Source of the DNA: Camelus dromedarius
Taxonomy: Eukaryota
DNA length: 64,000 nucleotides
Direction of reading: 5' to 3'
Assembly (NCBI RefSeq): GCF_036321535.1
Contig: NC_087437.1
Coordinates: 7,564,001-7,628,000, forward strand
Shown: piece after piece, positions 53,641-64,000 of the stretch
Layout of the letters: each line of letters begins with the position of its first letter
How positions within the stretch are numbered: the first letter of the stretch is position 1
Position numbers and translations under genes: made by a program
Notes under the pieces: model-generated
What the model saw: the letters and a program-made list of their open reading frames with translations, nothing else
Told to the model about the DNA's origin: nothing
Databases searched by the model: none

Positions 53641-54098
53641 TGCATTCGTTAGCTAGAGCGTCCAGGACCCCGTGCCGCAGGCAGAGTGCCTTAAACCACA
53701 GACATGTATTGTCTCACAGTTTTGGAGGCTAGAAGTCTGAGACCAAGGCGTCAGCAGAGTCCCGCTCCCTTTGAAGGCATTAGGGGAGGTTCTGTTCCAG
53801 GCCTGTCTCTGGGCCTGTCTCTGCTGGTACCTTGGCTTGTGCCAGCATCACTCCAGTCTTCACGTGGCAGTCTCTCCATGTGCTTGTCTGTCTCTGTGTC
53901 CGAATTTCTCCTTTCTCCAAAGGACATCAGTCCTACTGGGTAAGCAGCCCACTGGACTCCAGTGTGACCTCATCTTAACTAATTACATCTGCCATAGCTC
54001 TATTTCCATAAAAGGCCACATTGTGAGATAGTAGGGTGAGGTGGGGAGAAACTTCAGCCTATGAATTTGATGAAATTTGTACAATTCAGCCCATAGCA
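53641..54098 (-). mobile_element. MaLR solo LTR (MLT1B/C-like) inserted in an L2 remnant (~53450-54500)
   Basis: attgtctcacagttttggaggctagaagtctgagaccaagg...tgacctcatcttaactaattacatctgc...caattcagcccatagca; CTAG(T) repeated at both flanks. Confidence 0.88.
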
Positions 54099-56541
54099 CT
54101 AGTGTGCTTTTCCTGGCTCCCCAGGAGGTGTCACGTGCCCCTCGTTGCTGTCCCTTAAATACTTGTGCTCTCGCCTTAAGGCCTTTGCATTGTTTGCTCC
54201 CTCCGCCTGGAACGTCCCCTCACCCCGTCTGTCAGCGGGGCTCCAAACAGCCCCCTTCTCAAGTCTGTTCTTAAGTATGCTCTTCTCAGGAATGCCTCCC
54301 TCCCCTCATCATCCTGTTTAAAATCTTATCTCCTCTCTTCCCCATACCCCTCCCACCTTGTTTGCAGTTTTTCGTTTTTCCATAATAACACACTTGGTTA
54401 ATGAACTTATTTAATCGTTTTGTTGTTTGTCCTCGTCCTGCGCTGACGCTGAACTATGTTGTGGAACACAACGCGGCAGGCTGGTGACCCAGGTTGGCGG
54501 GAGAATTACCAGAGATGGAGAAGAGTTTAGGAAGGTTTAATAGGTCCACCGCTGCAGGCAACAGCAGGGCCACACAGGCGGGAAGTGCCTGCGTCAGCAC
54601 CGAGGGTGAACGTGCAGGGGCTTTTATTGGAGGGGAGGGCTGTGCACATACGGAGGACGGGCTGCGCGATCTGTTCGCGCACAGGTACCTGACTGGTTGT
54701 AAGACCTGGCAGAGATTTCTCTGAACAGTAGGTTTTATGACTTTTGAAAAGGCGAGATGTGAGGCCTGTCTGCCTAGGGCATTATGAGCCAAGCTCTCTC
54801 CTGGGGCGATGAGTTTTGTTAGGGTAAACACACATCAAGAGAGGATGTTTTGTATCTTGCAGAAATGCAAGTATGCACAATGGGGAGTAGGGGGTTAAAG
54901 TGCCACTAGGCTCCAGGCACACAGAGAACCCAGGGGTGGGGGCTTTATGACTCCAGAGGGTGCCCCCCCAGCTGCACTGAACAGAAGCCCAGTGAGGGGC
55001 TCTTGTCTGTTTCCTTCTCTGATTTATTCCAAACACCTGGAACAACAGTACTTGGGGCAGAACAGCAGCTCAGAAAAGGTGGACAGCTTTCTCATGTTTC
55101 TTTGTTGGCTCCGTGGTGGAGATGCAGACCTTTCATACCCTGGAGTGCGGCAGTTGCGGGTGGGGGGGGCAAAACACATCTTAAACTATTTTTTAAGCAC
55201 TGTGCTGTAGTTTTCCCATTGTGCCCTACACCTGGGACCTTTAGCCAAAGGTCACGTTCACAATTGCAAATCCTGGGGGCTGGGTGGAGGGGAGGGAGGG
55301 GCTGGGGGAGGAACTTGCCATCCCTCCCTTAGAGAGCCTGGAGCGTTTTCCACACACCAGGTGAAGCCAGAATCCTTCTGCAGAGACGCTGAGATGCTGA
55401 GTCCTCATTTGACTCATTGCCACTGTCGTTCAGCCCATGGAGGAGCAATCACCCAGGCTCCTGGAAGAAACGGACGGTCCGGCTGAGAACTCGGGCGTCC
55501 TGACTTCTGTGATTTTCCTCCCAGCGTCAAAAAGCGGAAAGCTCGGAAAGTGACCACGAAGTGCGCTGGGAGACATCTGCCTGGCTTCACCAGAGCAGAA
55601 GAGGTTTCAGCGGCCCACAGATGTCATGTCCAGTTTCCTTAACGGTCACATCCAGGTCTCTCTCTCACGGGCCCCTGGCCGCCCGCGTCAGGAGCGATGG
55701 CTGTCAGAACCACTGAGCGCGGCAGCTCACCGTGCGTTTCTTGGTCTTAAGATCCATCATTTATATTAAAATTTTCTACTTGTTGTCATCCTTTGCCCTC
55801 ATAAACATTGTCTGTTGTTCACGAGCCTCTGTCCTCATGGAATGTGGAGTGTAGTGAGGGCTAACGCGTCTTCCCCGTTGCTGGTTTTCATCATGATGCC
55901 GGCAGAGATGTTGGCACCTGGAAGATGCCCGGGAGCTTCTGACACCCCAGCGGCAGCCCAGCCCCCGAGCGCGGCACCCATGATCTCAGGCAGCCGCGTC
56001 AGCACCCACCTTCCTGGCTTAGTTATCACGGTGGGCGGGGGCCATGCCTTGGCCATTTTGGTTTAGTTTCTCCTTGGAACTCACTGAATGGCTTTCGAAA
56101 GTAAAGGCTGAAACAGCGCCTTAAGCAGGGCTGCAGCCAGGAGGAGGATGAGTGGTTTGTCAGGGAGCCTGGAAGAGTGTTTCTGACATCACGAGGCCAG
56201 GAGGTGATTTGTCTCAATAAGGCATTCAGAAAAGGGTGAGACTTCCAAGGGGAGGCCTGGCTACACAGAGGCGGCCACAAGCCGTTGATTTTTTTCAGCC
56301 ATCTCTGGCTGGCAGCACGACCAACAATAAAACAGCAGGGGTATCAGAAAGTAGGAGCTGACTGAGGCCACACACCAGATCCCTCAGTCCACGGGTCATA
56401 AACCCCACCATATGCTTCCTTCAAGGTGTCTCCTCTTCCTCTCTGTCCTGTTGGGGCCGCCCCCATGAATCCTTTTGGAAGAAAACACTGGGTACGTTTG
56501 ACTCGAGAGGTGGTACCTTTGGACTTGATGCATTCTTTCTG

Positions 56542-57195
56542 CAGATGAGGGTTTATCAGAAACTAAGGAAATTTAAACCTCAGGGCCTTTGACTTGCCTC
56601 AGTAGGGCCCCTGGCACATCCGGTTAATCATTTCTGTTTGTTGAGGGGGAGGGTAGAGCTCAGTGGTAGAGTTCATGCTTAGCATGCATGAGGTCCTGAG
56701 TTCAATCCCCAGTACCTCCATTAAAAAGATAAATAAATAAGCCTAATTACCTCCCCCCTAAACAAATTAAAAAATTTAGAAAAATCATTTCTGTTTGTCA
56801 AATTTTCAGGAGTAAGATATTTTAACCACAGCTGGTCCTTGTACTATCTCTTTCCATCCCAATTTTCCCTCTGCCACACTGTCCTTCAGGTGGCTGCAGG
56901 CAGTGTTGGGGTCCAGCTCAAGTGGAAGTCGAATTGAAAATGCATTTATTTAGTTTAGGTTGAACAGAGTATGTTCGTGTCATTTGCAGTCATTCCCGAG
57001 TGCGCTAATTGCTAGTCATCCTGGGGTAGGAATCAACAGCTTCCAGGGCTGCCCTACTTTGTGACTCACCAGGTGTCCAGATACCCAAGCGCAGGGCCTG
57101 AGATCTCGTCTCAGGATGAGCTGCCCCTGGGATGCCCTGCGCTGGAATTGTGTGAATGGGGAGGAGGAGGTAGGACTGAAATTGACAGAGCCAAC
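56542..57195 (+). mobile_element. hAT-Tip100 element 5' portion (Arthur1-like); resumes briefly at ~60466-60515
   Basis: cagatgagggtttatcagaaactaaggaaatttaaacctcagggcc...agtaagatattttaaccac...gtgactcaccaggtgtc matches my recall of the consensus; interrupted by a SINE and by the 3.27-kb insertion. Confidence 0.65.
56642..56782 (+). mobile_element. tRNA-derived SINE (Vic-1-like)
   Basis: ggggagggtagagctcagtggtagag...gtcctgagttcaatccccagtacctcc; perfect 16-bp TSD AATCATTTCTGTTTGT at 56626-56641 and 56783-56798. Confidence 0.95.
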
Positions 57196-58125
57196 GATTT
57201 CTGGTGAAGATGGCAGAGTGGTAGGACCACGAGCTCGCCTCTCCTCGTGACTACAATGAAACCACAATTGAATGCTAAACAACCATTGAAAAGAAGACTG
57301 GAACCTAGCAAAAAACATCTTCTGCAACTGGAAACATAAAGAGGGAACCACAGCAGGACGGTGGGAGGAGCGTGCTCTTGATATAATCGGGCCCCATACA
57401 CTCCGGGTGGGCGACCCACAAACTGAAGAATAGTTAGGTCGCGGAGGCCCTCCGACAGGAGTGAGAGCTCTAAGCCCCATGTCAGGCTCCCCAACCTGGG
57501 TTCCAGCATCAAGAAGAGAAGGAGACCCCAGGACATCTGGTTTTGAAGGCCAGTGGGCCTTGGTGCTGGGAGCTCCACGGGACTGGGGGAAACAGAGACT
57601 CCATTGGCCTGGGAAGTGTACACGGAAACTCGTGTGCACCAGGTCCAAGGGCAGAGGCAGTGATTTCATAGAAACCTGGGCCGGGCCTGCCTGCTGGATT
57701 TGGAGGGTCTCCTGGGGACATGGGGGACGGGTGTGGCTCACTCAGGGGACATAAAAGCTGGTGGTGGAATGTTTCCGGGAGTGTTCATCTACATGAGTTT
57801 TCCTGGAGGCTGACATCTTGATTGGATCATTAGCACCAAGACCTAGCCCCATCCAACAGCCTCAGGCCAAGCAACATACAGGGTGGGAGCACAGCCCCAT
57901 CCATCAGCAGACTTCCTAAGCCACAAAGGCCTCTAGACACAGCTCTACCCACCAGAGGTCCAGGACCAAGCCTCACCCAGCAGTGGGCAGGCACTGGCTC
58001 CTCCTGCCAGGAACCCTGCATAAGCTTCTAGTCCAGCCTCATCCACTAGGGGCAGATACTAGAAATAATAAACAACAATCCCAAAGCCTGTGGAAGGAAT
58101 CCACAAACGTAGAAAGATAGATGAT

Positions 58126-59010
58126 ATGAGGTGGCAAAGGAATATCTCCCAGGCCAAGGTACAAGACAAAATCCCAGAAGAAGAAAAAAGTGATGAGGAG
58201 ATAGGCAATTTATCTGAGAAAGAGTTTAAAGTAATGATGGCAAAGATGTTCACAGAACTCAAGAAGATTACAGATGCACAGAGCGAAGTTTTTAGCAAAG
58301 AGTTGGAAAATATAAAGAATACCCAAACAGTTGAAGAATAAAGTTATTGAAATGAATAGCACACTAGAAGGAACCAAGAATAGACTCAATGAGGCAGAAG
58401 AACGGATCAGTGAGCTAGAAGACAGATTAGTGGAAATCACTACTGCAGAACAGAAAAAAGAAAAAGAATGAAAAGAAATGAGGGTAGTTTAAGAGAACGC
58501 TGGACAACATAAAACACACTAATACTCTCATTATAGAGGTCCTGTAAAGAGAAGAGAGAGAAAGGACCTGCGAAAATTTTTGGAGAGATAATCACTGAAA
58601 ACTTCCCCAACTTGGGAAAGGAAACAGTCACCCAAGTCCAGGAAGCACAGAGAGTACCACACAGGATCAACCCAAAGAGGAACACACCAAGGCACGTAGT
58701 AACCAAATTGACAAAAATTAAGGATAAGGAGAAAATATTAAAATTAGCAAGAGAAAAGCAACAAATAACATATAAGAGAACTCCCATAAGGTTATCAGCT
58801 GATTTCTCAGCAGAAACTCTACAGGCCAGAAGGGAATGGCATGATATATTCAAGGTAATGAAAGGGGAAAATTTACAACCAATACTCTATTCAGCAAGGC
58901 TCTCGTTCAGACTTGATGGAGAAATCAAAAGCGTCACAGATAAACAAAAGCTAAAAGAACTCAGCACCACCAAACCAGCTTTACAACAAATGTTAAAGGA
59001 CCTTCTCTAG
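58126..59010 (+). pseudogene. L1 ORF1p, disrupted by frameshifts and stops
   Basis: MRWQRNISQ...EIGNLSEKEFKVMMAKM (N-terminal/coiled coil) and QVQEAQRVPHRINPKRNTPRH...PIRLSADFSAETLQARREW...KPALQQMLKDLL* (RRM/CTD) in the ORF track; intermediate part out of frame. Confidence 0.93.
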
Positions 59011-59072
59011 TCATCAAACCATAAGAAAAGAGAACAAAAAGAAGAAAGAGAGAAGAAAAAAAGGCCTACAAA

Positions 59073-59340
59073 AGATTCCTTTGGCTGTTCAGGGTCTTTT
59101 GTGGTTCCTTGTGAACTTTGAAATTGTTTGTTCTAGTTCTGTGAGGAATGTCGTGGGTATTTTGACGGGAGTTGCATTGGATCGATGGATCGCTTTGGGT
59201 GGTGTGGCCATTTTGATAGTGTTGATTCTTCCAGTCCAGGAGCACAAGAAACCTTTCCATTTCTTTGTGTCATTTCAGTTTTCAGAGTTTCAGAGTTAGG
59301 TTTATTTCTGGGTACTTTGTTGTTTTTGATGTCGTGGAAA
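59073..59340 (-). mobile_element. Inverted L1 ORF2 fragment inside the composite insertion
   Basis: Antisense ORF2 text (ctttggctgttcagggtcttttgtggttcc...ttgattcttccagtccaggagcac), the region normally encoding CSWIGRINIVKM...FFTELE. Confidence 0.85.
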
Positions 59341-59679
59341 GGTTTATGCTGGTTATAAAATTCTGGTTTTTGAAGTGAAAAAAAAAGTGAATAAAGGGCC
59401 ACAAATGGCAAAATATTCTTTGTTCTTATGGGTGAGTTGTATTCCATTACATATATGTATGCTGCATCTTCATTGTCTGTGCACTTAGGATGCTTCCATA
59501 TATTGGCAATTATAGATAATGTTGCTGTTAATAGCAGGGTGTATGTATCTTTTTGAATTAATTCTTATTTTGTGGGTGGCTTTATTCATTTGATAACTAT
59601 GTAAGTTTAAAAAGCTAAAGCTCTAAACGTTCCTAGAAACAATGAACAGTATGTATGTGTAAATTTAAAAATATATGTG

Positions 59680-60220
59680 CAGTAAAAAAAAAAAAAAAAG
59701 AAATGAGCTATCAAGGAAACACATGGAAGAAACTTAAAAAGACATTACTAAATGCAAGAAGCCAGTCTGAAAAGGCTACGAACTGTACGATTCCAGCCAA
59801 ATGACATTCTGGAAAATGCACAGCTACAGAAACAGTGAAATGATCATGGTTTCCAGGGGTTTGGGGAGACGGATGGAGGAAGGAATGAATAGATGGAGCA
59901 CAAGGGATTTTTAGGGCCATGAAATTATTCTATATGATGCTAGTGGTGGCTGCATGTCATTATGCATTTGTCAAAGCCCATTGAATGTACAACATCAAGA
60001 GTGAACCGTAATGTAAACTATGGACTTTGGTTGGTAATAATGTGTCCATGTTGGTTCATAGATTGTACCAAATTTGCCACCCTGATGAGGGATGTTGAGG
60101 GCAGGGGAGTATATACGTGTGGGTGGGGAGGGCTATGTGCGAACTCTGTATTTTCTGCTCGATTCTGCTGTGAACCTGAAACTGCTCTAAAAAATAAAGT
60201 CTATTAATTAAAAAAAAAAA
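59680..60220 (+). mobile_element. Old L1 3' end (L1MC1-like) inside the composite insertion
   Basis: aaatgagctatcaag...aagccagtctgaaaaggctac...gtgaaccgtaatgtaaactatggacttt...gctgtgaacctgaaactgctctaaaaaataaagtctatt plus A run. Confidence 0.88.
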
Positions 60221-62339
60221 GAATTAACTACCAGTGAAGTTCTTTAAATAGTGTTCGGCAAACAGTAAACACCCAACAAATATTAGCTGTTATTGCTTCA
60301 AAACTAGGTTATAGTTTGTGCTATAAGTACTGTAAAATTATTTAAAATCTAACTCGCCAAAGATTCACTAAACTTCACCCACCTATCCCGAACTTATGAT
60401 GGAAGAGGGGAAAAGGAAAATTTAAAAGAAAGCAAGTTTACAAAAAAATAAAAGAAAGAAAGAAAGAAATTAACAGAGCCGACAACAGGTCTGTGAAAAG
60501 TGTCCCAAAAAGGGTGTCAGGCAGTGAATAAAGCCATTGTTACTCTGCAGCTTACAATGTTTGTGTTTGTCAGCTTTTCACAATTTGTCATCTTTGTGGT
60601 TATTCCTCATCCAAAAGGAATCTTCATCTTTACTCCTAATGTCTTTATATTTTTTCTTACAAAATTCCTTTTATTTTTCAAAAGCTTTAGGACCTTCCAA
60701 CACGTGGATCTTCCCTGCCTCCCTCTTATCAATTCTCTTTAATTTGTTACATTTTGACAACTCTTCTGGGGTCTAATGCATAGAAGTTCCAAATAAAGTT
60801 CAACGTCATTTTTCAGTTAATATTGTCTACTTGGACTGCCACATCTAAAAAATATGCAGGTATTCAATAATTAGTACTTTTTAAGTCTCTAAGTATAAGA
60901 AAACATAACACTTAACATCTGGTTTTTATAGGAAAGTGCAGTCAGGCAACTTAAGTAGATTGTCATAGCCTCAAGGCTTCTATGAATTCCTCGGAGTTCT
61001 TATCTGTCTGCCTTCCAAATGAGGCAGGAATTACATTTCTACATTAGAAAATGTTTTTTCCCCAGTGATTTTCAGATATGAAAGAATTGCTAAATGCCAT
61101 TTTTCCTGAAGGCCTTTATTTTATAATAAGATACTTAAAATAAATGTTTTTTTTTATAGCCAAAATATCCTCAAGTTTTCTGGGGGAAAAAGGATGGTGG
61201 TGAAATGTGTAATCATTTCCACTTGAACTAGAATTGACTCATTTAGAATAGGTGCACATGGATTTTGGGCACAGAGGGCAATTTTGTTTGGCATTTCCAA
61301 TCATCCACGGAAGTGCAGCAAAGGTTCCGGAGAACATCAGCGATGCCCAGTGAAACCGCCTGTGGTGCGACAGAGGACAGCAGCTCCCCCTTTCAAAAAG
61401 ATGCATTCCGAGGGTCACAGTGATGTTAAGCTTTGAGGGAAGTGAGTGGACCAGAAGGACTTCCCAGCTGCCATGTAAGATAGCTGTAAAGCCTTGGAAA
61501 GCTTTGGGACCTTTGAAACTCCTGCTGAAATCCCAGATGAATCTGCAGCAGGATGACTAGCAACAAGCTGTTTCCAGCTCACCTCTTAGGAGGAAGCCCA
61601 TCTGGGAAGTGAGAGACCTCCCACGATGCTTTCCTAATGAAGACACACTTGCATTTCCTGCCCCGAGATTTCCCAAGTGACCCCAGTGTACTCCACCTCA
61701 TGCAAGTGTCAACCCGGACCAGATCCCTGACCTTCCTTGGATCTCAGTTTCCTCCTTTGCAGTACAGAGGTTTGCAGCCACATCTCCAACTCTGTTCCCA
61801 GCACTGACACGAGTATTCCGTGGTCTTTATCTCTTTCTACATCTTATCCTTTAGGCTGTACTTTATCCACGCGTTTCCTCTCGATCATGTTGGGCTCATA
61901 TGGAGGACTATTAAAATTTCTTGACTATTTTGCATCATGTTTTTAAAATAAAAACAATAATCATCTGGGGCCCTTTGGATGAGAATGACACAGATGTGAA
62001 ATTTTTAGAGCAGTTCAATGAAACCATCAAGTAGATTCTGTATTGTGTTGTAGGAAAGTATGATGAATGTCCTCCTCTCACCATTGCCAGCTCTGTGACT
62101 CATTAGGAAAAAACTTCATCCCCATTGACAAAGAAAATGGAAGTTTACTCATGTGCTACATCACCAATACATTGAGCTTATTTGTATTTATTTGTACTCA
62201 TCAGGTTATTTTCTGAAATAGATAAAAAGTAGAACATTAGCTGGAAAGTTACAAATAAGAACCACGCACACGATGGTTCAGCTAACAAGCCCTGTGAGAA
62301 AGGCTGAAAAAGGAATTAGCCCAGCTATGGAAAAGGCTG

Positions 62340-62500
62340 ATATTCAAGACACCTGCTGTGTGTGTAGGCAATCACTGATTTTATTCCTACACCATTTCAT
62401 GGATAAGGGCACCGAGGCTTAGAGGTAAAGTAACGGCTGCGAGTCATTCAGCTAGTAAGTGACAAAGCCAAACCAGATCTTTCAATTCCAAATTTGGTTA
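62340..62500 (-). mobile_element. MIR remnant
   Basis: ccatttcatggataagggcaccgaggcttagaggtaaagtaac...gtcattcagctagtaagtgacaaagcc. Confidence 0.7.
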
Positions 62501-63724
62501 CCTTTTTATAAAACAAATTCCAAGGAATTTACCATTTCACATTGTAAATCGGTCTAGAATTACTCATCCAGTGGAACTACTGATTCTTCTTCTAAGTGTG
62601 GCTTATTGTTTGACACTGTTACTTCTGTTTGTTATTAGTTGTTCAAAAGCAGGAAAGAAGTAGAAGTAAGTAATATTGCCATCAATTCATCTCACACACA
62701 TTAAAAAAATAGCCGAAGGTGTTGACCCTAGAGAATGTGTTTGAATAATTGGAGAGCTTTAAGGAATTGTATCTCCAGGTTTTTTTATAGACATTGGAGA
62801 GAGAACTTTCTTGATTTCCATGTATATGACTACTTTTTACTTGTGATTGGTGGTTATCACAATGTTATAGTTGCAGAGGGTAAACATAGAAGTTTAGAGG
62901 TTTAACAAAGTCTGAATGAGCAGTGGACCACTTCGCAGTGCCCAGAATCAGGTAGCATAGATGCCAGCCTTGATGGTGGGATTACCAGTCAGTGGGATTG
63001 CCATCTTGCTACATCATGGTTTTAGATGGTTGTGATAAAAGGTGTCAGAAAAATGCATAATATGTCATTGGTTACATGCTACTCAAGATTTACCTTCTTT
63101 TGCTTTAAAAAGAAGTTTTAGTTTTGAGAAAGATAACAGTCGGATAAAACCAATTATCATCTCAGAATCTTTATGTAATATAAACACGTATTCACTTGTG
63201 CCCAAGAATTAAGAGATTGTTTGCACTTAGAAACATGTTAAACTGTAGTGAAATTAAGGACAGTGTGATTATCTACTAGTGTGCACTTGTGTTTGTACCT
63301 TTTAAAAGTCTCGCCTCCTGTGAGCATGTAATTTGGCACAATGCTTTTGTTCTTTGTAAAGCAATTTTGCAATATGTGCTGGGAGTTTTAGAAATGTTCT
63401 TATTTTTTTTAAACCAAAACTTTTAATTTCCAGGAGTTTGCCTTAGAGCAAAGGTGAAAGATGTCCATCCCTATGTTAGTTAAGGAGTGGGAAATTTTAA
63501 ATAATCTGAATATAGAAACATAAGAAAAATGTTTAATAAACTATAATGTATTCAAAGCATAAACCACTTTATAATCAGTAACATGATGTTCAAAATATAT
63601 ATCTACCATCATGGGGAAAACATATATTAGCTACTAAAAATGAGTCATCCAAATTTTTAAAAAATTGATTCTCAGTATAAAATATGAATATGTCCTCTTA
63701 CGATAACACTGATCAAAATGTATT

Positions 63725-63870
63725 GCGTTTTCCTTTTTGTTTACGTATGTTCCCCATTAGATGACACGTAATTTGAGGGCAGGGACTGTGTTTTGTTCAG
63801 TACATTTCTCTTACTATACATAATGCTTGGCATGTTGTAGGCAATCTATAACTTCCTTTAATTGAATAAG
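63725..63870 (+). mobile_element. L2 3' end remnant
   Basis: ccccattagatg...tgagggcagggactgtgttttgttca...tgcttggcatgttgtaggcaatc. Confidence 0.7.
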
Positions 63871-64000
63871 AAAGGTGAGAGAAAATGATCTGGTTGTCTT
63901 CATATAACAGAATTATAATTTTTCTGCACTTTACATTTTATTTAGTACTTTGTTACTTGTGTGATCAGAACAGATCATTTTAAAAGTAATAGTAAATTTA

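Larger units (their letters stand above)
57196..60465 (+). mobile_element. Composite L1-derived retroinsertion: 5'UTR + ORF1 + captured 3' sequence + A-rich tail (HAL1-like or chimeric)
   Basis: Flanked by GAAATTGACAGAGCCAAC (57178-57195) and GAAATTAACAGAGCCGAC (60466-60483); starts at an L1 5' end (gaagatggcagag); ends in caaaaaaataaaagaaagaaagaaa. Confidence 0.8.

Noticed and set aside
57016..57741. Longest ORF (241 aa, minus strand) and the overlapping 170-aa ORF
   Set aside because: Antisense to the GC-rich L1 5'UTR and running into the hAT remnant; stop-poor by composition, no recognisable domain.
58043..58055. CTCF-like CCACTAGGGGCAG in the L1 5'UTR
   Set aside because: One base short in the G-run relative to the core motif.
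59684..59699. A-run as the 3' end of the L1 ORF1 element
   Set aside because: No TSD follows; it merges into the L1MC-type sequence (aaagaaatgagct). The matching TSD is at 60466.
263..61946. Most ORFs in the six-frame track
   Set aside because: Short, many start at non-ATG codons, overlap repeats or low-complexity DNA, and resemble no protein I recognise other than L1 ORF1/ORF2.
1..64000. CRISPR arrays, operons, rRNA or non-retroviral endogenous viral genes
   Set aside because: No regularly spaced repeat-spacer array, gene-dense region or recognisable viral protein; the sequence is typical mammalian non-coding DNA.

Overview
Eukaryotic, repeat-rich mammalian DNA, most likely camelid: it carries three tRNA-derived SINEs of the Vic-1 type with intact target-site duplications (TSDs) and artiodactyl-type L1 3' ends. 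The only protein homologies I recognise are transposon fossils (L1 ORF1/ORF2 and a hAT transposase). I cannot identify a host protein-coding gene, so the window looks intronic or intergenic. It is AT-rich to about 47 kb and visibly more GC/CpG-rich from about 47 to 58 kb. The most notable structure is a 3.27-kb insertion at 57196-60465, flanked by an 18-bp TSD (16/18 match), that splits an older hAT element. It contains an L1 5'UTR and ORF1 but no sense ORF2, followed by captured sequence (inverted ORF2 pieces, an old L1MC-type 3' end, a MIR tail) and an A-rich tail, which fits a half-L1 (HAL1)-like or chimeric transducing retrocopy. Other highlights are a BLACKJACK-like transposase fossil with three nested insertions, a 75-nt near-perfect hairpin, a consensus CTCF motif near the compositional transition, Pbx/Hox/Meis motif clusters and two candidate spliced exons. 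Repeat family names come from my recall of consensus sequences, not from a search, and boundaries without TSDs are approximate.
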